Source of the DNA: Octopus vulgaris
Taxonomy: Eukaryota
Assembly: GCA_951406725.2 (NCBI GenBank)
Contig: OX597814.1
Coordinates: forward strand, 79,484,001 to 79,548,000
DNA length: 64,000 nt
Direction: 5' to 3'
The notes beneath the pieces were generated by a model. It was not told the DNA's origin. It saw only the letters and a list, made by a program, of their open reading frames with translations, and ran no database searches. Each line of letters opens with the position of its first letter. Position 1 is the first letter of the stretch. Made by a program: the position numbers and the translations under genes. Below, piece after piece: positions 55,574 through 64,000 of this stretch.

Positions 55574-56799
55574 TTGGGTCATCCTATAAATACTGCGGTT
55601 TTTTTAATACTTCTTTTATTGTTTTGTATTCTTTTTAAATCTAAAATATATGCTCCTTCATTTTCTGCAATGCTCTTCAATCTATCTAGTACTCTTGCAA
55701 AGTCCCTCTTCTAAAATTCACTTCTCCGTGACGAAAAATACTCCTGTAGTACTGTTCTGACCTCGTTTACAGATTTCATATTTTTTCCGTCCAAAGGATT
55801 TTGAACACTGGGAAATAAATGATAATCTGATGGGGCAATGTCTGGCGAATATGATGGTTGGGGCATCGTTTTCCATTCAAACTGCTCCAGCCTTTGGAAT
55901 GTCATCCTCGTTGTATGTGGACAAGCATTATCTTGATGGAAGAGCGCCTTTCCTCTTGAAACCAAAGATGGTCGTTTTTATTCTAGCCCTGACTTAAGCC
56001 GCTCAAGATCTCCTATGTTATGGTTTGGTTTGGGTGTAAAAGCTAAAAGTGGACTAAACATTTCATATCCCACCAAACAGATCACAGCAGCTTACGTGGG
56101 TGACGACCGTTAGCCTGGAGTGCCAGTGTTTCTCCTTTCCCTACCCACTGTCTTCAATGCTTGACATTTTTATAGGGAACCCATTTCTTGTCATCAGTCA
56201 CTATTGTGAAATGTGACAACAAAGTAGAGCACACATTCACTCTCTGCGCGCGATTAGGCTCAGAAGGTTTGTGAGGAACCCATTGACCCAGTTTGCTGAC
56301 TTTTCAGATGGTACGCAGGTGTTAGGTGTCGATGAATGGTTGAATGATCAAATCCAAGCTTCTCTGCTAGTCAATAGTTACGATGGGATTTTGTTCTATC
56401 AGGGTTTGCAAGACGTCCTCGTCGGGCTCTACAGATCTTACAGGATGAGGTTAGTCTTCTAGGCTGTAGTTTCCGGCTCGGAATTTCTGGAAGTACCGTT
56501 CACACTGGCTAACGCTTAATGTTCGATCATTAGTATCCCTTGCACTTTCCGTTGCATAGCTGCCTTTATTGAGCTCATAAAACAAAATATGCCTAATATG
56601 CCCCTTTGTCATTTCCATTATAGCTTTGAAAAAGAACAGTTAAAATCGAACTGCACTCTTGAAAACTTGCACTACGAATAAGTACAAGTTAAAATTACTA
56701 CTTGTTTTTATAGCAAGTTAATGCAAGTAGTTTATCCCGCCCCCTCCAACTTTTAGTTGATGCAATTGAAAAAACCGCATTATTTATGGGATGACCCAA
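55574..56799 (-). mobile_element. near full-length mariner (DD34D) transposon, pseudogenised
   Basis: TIRs ttgggtcatcc(t/c)ataaata(c/a)tgcggttttt, TA at the right flank, and transposase motifs HQDNACPH and YSPDIAPSDYHLF. N-terminus MEMTKGHIRHILFYE. Confidence 0.95.
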
Positions 56800-56939
56800 T
56801 ACACACACACACATATGGGTTTCTGTATATACATGCATATATGTAAATATGAATATATGTATATGATTATCTGTCTTGCTAACCATCTGTCTATTTATGT
56901 ATATGTATAATATATTGTATGCACACACACACACACATT

Positions 56940-57825
56940 ATTCGGGTTAAATATGACAATGTTTTATCCCCTTTTTTTCAGGAACAGCTTGATATATAGG
57001 TGAACAGATAACGGCGATCGAGAGCATTGTAATTATAGTTATAACTGAGAAAAAGTTAGATTACAGAGGGGAATATGTGAATATGTGAATATTGGAAAAG
57101 AGTTACTTGTATCATGATGATTCGTACCGGATATCAGAACGCCAACGTTCTGGCTACTGCTCTATGCTCTTTGAACACCATAAAGGTTGTAAGAAGTGAC
57201 ATGGACAGCTGCAACGGAGACTACAAAGCCGTGGCCAGCAGAAAAAATATACAACAGGTGTTCTGACTGTATCCACACGCTTCTCAATTCTTCTCAGTAT
57301 ATTCTCAACAGGGGCTTCGGCTTAATTCAAATGGCTATATGAAGCTGCTGAAGACTGGTGAAACACTGGTTGGAGAGGGTTGCTACGAGAAGGCCATATG
57401 TGTGGCAGAGGGATTCGGCTCTTTGCCATACTTCCAGAGACAGAAGTGGTTGTCAGAGAATTTCGGCAATTTCACCAGCTTCAATGTCTGGCCTCCTAAT
57501 TCTCAGGATTGTCCCCTCGTGGATTATTATGTGTAGGGCGCAATGAGAAAGACTCTAAGCACCTTGCCTGCAACACCAAGGCCGAGCTGGTGACCAAGAT
57601 CAAGGAGATGTTTGAAGATCATCCCAGGGTCACAGTGAGAAACTCATGCGCCAGGTTCCGCACCCGTCTGAAGGCCGTGGCGAGGACTGAGGGCGGCTAC
57701 TTTGAGTAAACTAGAGCGCCACGCTGTAATGTAGTTGATATTTTTTGATTTTTAAAAATGCTTTTATTTTTGTATGAGATATTTTCTTTTTCTTTCATAC
57801 AAACAGTGAAATTCACCCCGAACAC
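56940..57825 (+). mobile_element. internally deleted Tc1/mariner element (maT/DD37D-like)
   Basis: YVWQRDSALCHTS and WPPNSQDCPLVDYYV motifs. Imperfect TIRs ttcgggttaaatatgac / gtgaaattcaccccgaa. Inserted in (CA)n. Confidence 0.8.
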
Positions 57826-57890
<65 letters not shown>

Positions 57891-58764
57891 GCATTCCGAT
57901 GTGCCTGTTATGCTTTCGCACTCTTTTATCCTTTTTAAGATTTCTTAATTATAAAATTTAACTAAAATTTTATTTCATCTTAATGTCTCGTATTCCTTGT
58001 TTTCTTCTCTCACACTTAGCTTTTAACACTCGTCATCTATCTCTCCTCCCTTTAACTTCTAATCTCAAATTTTCTGTGTATATTAAACTTTTCTGCTTGT
58101 TTTAGACACTCACTACTTATTTCAAACCCATGTCTTAATTACAATTCACCTCATGTTCTTTATTGAAATTTCTTTCGTACTACTTATTTATTCAACGAGC
58201 CGTTATATTTCATTCGTTTGACAAGCTCATGTGAATGAAATACTCGGACATCTGTCACGAATCATTTTATTACAGAAATAATATCAATTCCCAGCGTTTT
58301 ACATTCCGTCACTCGGGTTACTCGAGTATCCCAGCTATCAAAGATAATCCAAATGAACTAGGGATATTACAGTTCGTTCTTGACATGAAATGCTTGCTCA
58401 AATCTAAACGCTTACTCAAGCTAATAAGTTATCACTTGAATTAATTATAATAAAAACTCTCAAATATTTTAAATAGAATATTTTTCGAGGAATATAGCTT
58501 TATTTTAATGTTATAACTTAAAATTGACTTGTCCCCAACAAAAGTTAATGTGCTGTGTTTAACTGAAACAATATAGGCGGATGAAAGTAGCATACAAGCT
58601 TACGGTCACGCTTCTTTAAACGTATGTGACTGGCAAGTTAACAGATTTCTATCACAAATGGTTTTACATCACAGGGTGGCTTTTTTTTTCAAGAAATACG
58701 GTTTTGTTGTCACTTCATAGTTTAATATCTGGGCTTAAATAGCTTAAATAGCTTAATGGGCTTA

Positions 58765-58862
58765 AAGTCGACCTCGGCGGAATTTGAACTCAGAACGTAA
58801 CGGCAGACAAAATACGGCTACGCATTTCGCCCGACATGCTAAAGTTTCTGCCAGATCGCCGC
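58765..58862 (-). mobile_element. family A SINE head, inverted
   Basis: Reverse complement of 58915-59015. Confidence 0.85.
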
Positions 58863-58914
58863 TTTGACCCCTATTTAAATATTAACTTTAGAATAATGGT
58901 ATTGTGATAAACTA

Positions 58915-59290
58915 AGGCGGCGAGCTGGCAGAAACGTTAGCACGCCAGGCGAAATGCTTTGCGGTATTTCGTCTGCCGTTACGTTCAGAGTTCAAATTCC
59001 GCCGAGGTCGACTTTGCCTTTCATCCTTTCGAGGTCAATTAAATAAGTACCAGTTACGCACTGGGGTCGACATAATCGTGTGTTTGTCCTTGTTTGTCTT
59101 CTCTGTGTTTAACCCCTTGTGGGTAGTAAAGAAATAGGTATTTTGTCTCTCTTTACGTTATGAGTGTAAATTCTGCCGAGGTTGACTTCACCTTTCATCA
59201 TTTGAGGGTCGATAAATTAAGTACCATTTGCGTACTGGGGTCGATCTTATCGACTGGCGTCCTTTCGGACCTTGTGCCTAAAGTAAAATA
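58915..59290 (+). mobile_element. family A SINE with duplicated central domain
   Basis: Head plus two copies of ggtatt..gtct...gccgaggt.gactt..cctttcatc.ttt.g.ggtc.at.aa.taagtacca. Confidence 0.9.
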
Positions 59291-59697
59291 GAATATTTAA
59301 ATAGGGGTCAAATACAGATACATCGTACTAATACATCTGTTACCCCTACTACTCCCTTCAGTAAAAATGTAAAATTTTCCACTTTCCATTTTGAGACACA
59401 CTACATTAGTGGAAGAGAGATAACAGTATTTAAAGCATTTAATGTACGATATCATTTCTAACAGGAGCTGCTTTTGCGTGATGACGCAAAAGATAGACTT
59501 AACAAAGGTAATTATCGTAAGTTGTAAGACTGCTTTGATGAAATGGATTGCGACTTTGTACCAAGACTTACTACTAAAGAAGGATCAAAACAGTTTTCAA
59601 GAGTTTCAAGTGCAATGCAAAACGGCATTATTTCTGTAATTGATAATTCAATTTTTAGTTGAAAGTGTTTATTGTAGTGGATGCAGATACTACTTAC

Positions 59698-59739
59698 CGT
59701 GCAGTGCAAGACTAGTTTCTACTATTGTTAACTATATAA
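59698..59739 (-). other. candidate 42-nt non-coding (5'UTR) exon
   Basis: Acceptor tttcatttattttgctttcag| and donor ACG|gtaagt. Stops in all three frames. Confidence 0.35.
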
Positions 59740-60579
59740 CTGAAAGCAAAATAAATGAAAGATCTAAAAATTTTTTATGACATAAGTAATAATAAAAGTA
59801 CATAGAAGTTGGCTGACGTTACAGAATATGTCTTGAACTCCTTCCACGTTGCTAAAACTAAACTGATTAGCCAAACGTAGATTCGAGCAACTGTGATGGC
59901 AGATGAACTAAACGTGACTCAAACAAAACTGAAGGATTTAAATGTGCAGATTTTATTCATTATTACCCTCATAAATTTAACTTAGTCTTGTGTAGAAGAG
60001 TTTAGAAAGATAATGAGTTAAAACATTTTTGTCGCATTTACGCAGCTTTAAAAATTTACATATTTGAGTACAAAGTGGGAAAATATCTTTAGAGATTTTA
60101 ATATCAGTATTTCATCACTATGCGACGACGCAAGTTGGTGCTATAGACTCAGAACTGTGTCAGCCATAAAAATGTTGCATGAAAACTTGAAAAAGGCATT
60201 TCAATAAAAGGCAGGATGGAGAGACACTCATTGAGACCGATAATCTATTGGTAAAATTGAATGCCTTCACTTTCATGTTATTCATAAATGTTTTAATACC
60301 AAACTGTTGCAAGCTGAGAGAGACTATTTGATATTCTACAGAGTAAGCAGCTCGACTTAAAAGTATGCACAGGATGAAATAAATGATTTTATTCAATACT
60401 TTGAAAAACCATTGTAATGATGTACGCTGTGAAAGCATTTTCGACTTTGATGACTTGGATCTTTCTCCCACAAAAAAGAACGAAGGAAAAGCAAATTAAC
60501 TATAATTTAAATCCTCTTTCTATCAGTGAAGGAGTGATTTGCTCTTAATGCGGGTTTTAAAAATATTTTGGATTACTTG

Positions 60580-60795
60580 AAGGCTGCGAGCTAGCAGAAT
60601 CGTAAGCACGCCAGGCAAAAAGCTTAGCAGCATTTCATTCGTCTTTACTTTCTCAGTTCAAATCCCGCGGAGATCGACTTTGCCTTTCATCCTTTCGGAG
60701 TCGATAAAATAAGTACTAGTCTAATATTGGGTTGATATAGTCGACTTGTCCCGTTCGCCGAAGTTGCTGGTCTTGAGCCAAAATTTGGAACCAAT
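60580..60795 (+). mobile_element. tRNA-derived SINE (family A)
   Basis: Same head and central domain as the 36617 copy. Confidence 0.85.
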
Positions 60796-61660
60796 ATTTT
60801 ACACTATTTGATGCGATGCATTGTCTATGCAAGATACAGACGATCTGCTACATAAACATCCTAATATGTTTAATTAAAAATTCATCGTAAACGAGTCCAG
60901 GTATATTTATAATGTCGGCCACTTCAAAAAGTGAAAGTCAAGCAAGACCATTCGAGAATTAACTCTATAAAATGAGTTTATTGCTTGAGAAATTGTCTGA
61001 AACTGTTACATCAATTCAACCTATGTTGACTATACTTGCAACATCGGTTGGAAATGTATGTAACTTCTGAGTCTCGGACAGTATTCGATAATTTTAAAGT
61101 TTCACAATGGCTCAAGGGCGGTTGGTTTTACTTGCTTGCATTTCCACTGAGAAGTACATTTTCCCATTTTGAATGACTCAAAATAATTTACTCTTAAAAT
61201 CAAGGTTTGTGGAATTTATGACTTGAGTGTTTTTTTTACTTATAAAAATGTATTTTGCTTTTCTTATAAAAAGAGTAATTCAGAGAGACAGAAAGGGAGA
61301 AAGTGAAAAATAAAAGGAAAAAAAAGATAGAGTATAGCTCACACTGGTGAAGCGAATCCATTAAGATGAAAAATAGAGGCTGTGTGCAGTGTATGATAAC
61401 AATTGACAAAGAACGAAGAAAAGTCAGTCGGAAAAATACCTCACTACTCTTCGTCAGCCGTGTTATGTTAGACTCATTGCAATTTCGACAGATAAAACAC
61501 GGAACAATTCATCTACGATGAAACAAATACAATGTCACATGACTTAATATAGAATGGTGTTTCTCGCCTTAGGAAGAAAGAAAAATTTTCTGTCTGTGAC
61601 ACAGCATGTATATATAAAAATTAATTTCCGTGCAAGCGTTTGGTAGAGTTCTCAATAGAG

Positions 61661-61738
<78 letters not shown>

Positions 61739-62703
61739 ACGTGTGTGTGTGTGTGTGTGTGTATGTGTGTGTGTTTCGCAATGTATGTAGGTGAAAGATA
61801 TAAACATATGCAAGTGAAACGGAATTAGGATGAGTTAGAAACGAAGTCCGCTGTGATATATAGAATCCAGTTACAGACGTATTCATGTCACAATGGCTGA
61901 TCTAAATGAAAGAAACAAGTGATTGGGCTGTTGGAAATTTGTAACTATCGAAAGTATTGTACACAAATTGCGATATAAAATAAAAACGCACCGTGGCAGA
62001 TTTTGTGAGAGGTAAGTCATAAGTCTTAAATTATGACGGGGTTAGAAATTTGAATTTTAAATTTAACAGTAACGAAGAATATGTACATAATATACATTTT
62101 TTACTCATTACAAAGATCCTTAATTTTATTGCTCTGCCATTTGTAGATTTGTAGCGTATACTCTTATGGAATTAGAAAGTAAAACAATGAAATAAACAAG
62201 TGTGTATGTGTTTAAGAGAGGGATGGGAGGGGAGACAGACAGACAGACAGACCAACTGTCAGAGTGAGAGAGAGAGAGAGAGACAGAGGAAGGAAAAGGG
62301 AAACAGAGAATGTGAGTGAGTGTGAGAGTAAGAGGGAGATGGAGATAGAGAATGAGAGGGAATGAAAAAAGATATCGGGATAAAACTAAAAAGAATCGAA
62401 TGGACGAGATGGTATACATCTTGACGCATGAACTTGTCTACGAAGCGAAGTTATCTCTAAAAAATCTTTTTAGTTTTCTCTTGACACGAAGAGAGCTGAG
62501 GGAAAAAAAAAATAAGGGTGAGAAAATGAAAGATAGAAAGAGTGAATGAAAGGAAGAAAGAGGTTGGGCAACAAACGGGTTCAGTTTGTGACATTGACAC
62601 ATAGATGAATGGGAGAAAGTCTCTGTGAGAAACAAAGCGAAGAAACGGTGACATATGACACAAAGACAAACAGGTCGATGGAAGAGTCCCAAGAGACAGA
62701 GAA

Positions 62704-62743
<40 letters not shown>

Positions 62744-63564
62744 TGTGTGTGTGTGTGTGTCTGTGTATATAATTATATATATATACACACACACGCATAT
62801 ATATATGTATATATAATCTATATATACATAAATATGTATATATGTATATATGTATGTATATATATATGTACATCTATGTGTGTATATATATATATATATG
62901 CATACACACGTATTCATCTCTAATTGCACATACATATAAAAATATATATCTACATAAATATATAAAACATATATCTAGATAAATATGTACAGACACGCAT
63001 GTACACAAACACACACATACGGACACATATATTATGCGTATACACATACACACACGTATATATACACATACACACAGACACATACACGCAGGAACATAGA
63101 CGCAGGAACATACACACACACTGGCACACACTAAAGACTCAATCTTCCACATAAAGAACAATAAATAGTTAATCTATTGTTAATATATTTAATGTAGCGA
63201 GCATCAAAAATTTAATTAGAAATACTTTCTAATTAGATTTTTCATACTCACAAACTTAACTATTGTTTTTCATATGCATGGCGCCTCTGAGTAATTAACC
63301 TCTGTGATCGATTTTTTTTAATATGCTAATTTTTTCTTTTTACACGAACTCATGCGCAAATTGTATATCTACTTAATAATTCGATCATCAATACCTCGGT
63401 AATTACTTACTGAAATGATTAAAGCAGTCTTAGTAATCGAGCTAATGTCTTATCTTCAGCGTATAAATATTTCTAATTAGATTTTTGAAGCTTACTCCAT
63501 CAAATGTTAAATATAACTTAAATATGCCTACATCAACCCCACCCCCACACAGAAATGTATATAT

Positions 63565-63634
<70 letters not shown>

Positions 63635-63740
63635 TATATATGTATATATATACATATATACATATGTATATGTATATATATATGTATATGTATATATATA
63701 TGTATATGTATATATATATATGTATATGTATATATATATG

Positions 63741-63777
<37 letters not shown>

Positions 63778-63840
63778 AGTATATGTATATATATATATAT
63801 ATACGTATGTATATACATGTATACACACACATACACACAT

Positions 63841-63895
<55 letters not shown>

Positions 63896-63904
63896 ATATG
63901 ACAG

Positions 63905-64000
63905 ATGCAGGCTTGGCTGTGTAGTAAGGAGTTTACTTGTCAACCACATGGTTCCTGACTCAGTCCCTCTGCGTAGCCCCTTAGGCAAGCGTCTTCTACT
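63905..64000 (+). mobile_element. tRNA-derived SINE (family B), runs off the window edge
   Basis: ggcttggctgtgtagtaagg...caaccacatggttcc...cttaggcaagcgtcttctact. Confidence 0.75.

Noticed and set aside
60978-61000. Partial match to miR-137 (ttattgcttgagaa)
   Set aside because: It diverges after 14 nt and I see no complementary arm.

Overview
This is AT-rich eukaryotic genomic DNA saturated with microsatellites. Its SINE, MITE and LINE content most resembles an Octopus (coleoid cephalopod) genome; that is an inference from repeat recognition, not a database result. There is no intact long protein-coding gene: nearly all ORFs in the supplied track are translations of (TA)n, (CA)n, (CATA)n or (AAT)n tracts. 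The window contains many tRNA-derived SINEs, decayed R4/Dong, RTE, Tx1-like and CR1/Jockey-like LINE pieces, three Tc1/mariner remnants, two non-autonomous Helitrons and piggyBac-like MITEs. A few strong minus-strand splice signals suggest the 5' end of a large gene (best candidate first coding exon 29404-29456). The main signal is a set of non-coding elements that carry hammerhead-ribozyme (HHR) motifs and end at (TA)n tracts. The most striking is a 4.4-copy tandem array of a ~723-bp unit (15296-18489). Each unit holds all three HHR core strands in a non-canonical, pseudoknotted order. All structures were deduced by eye and none has been computed or tested.
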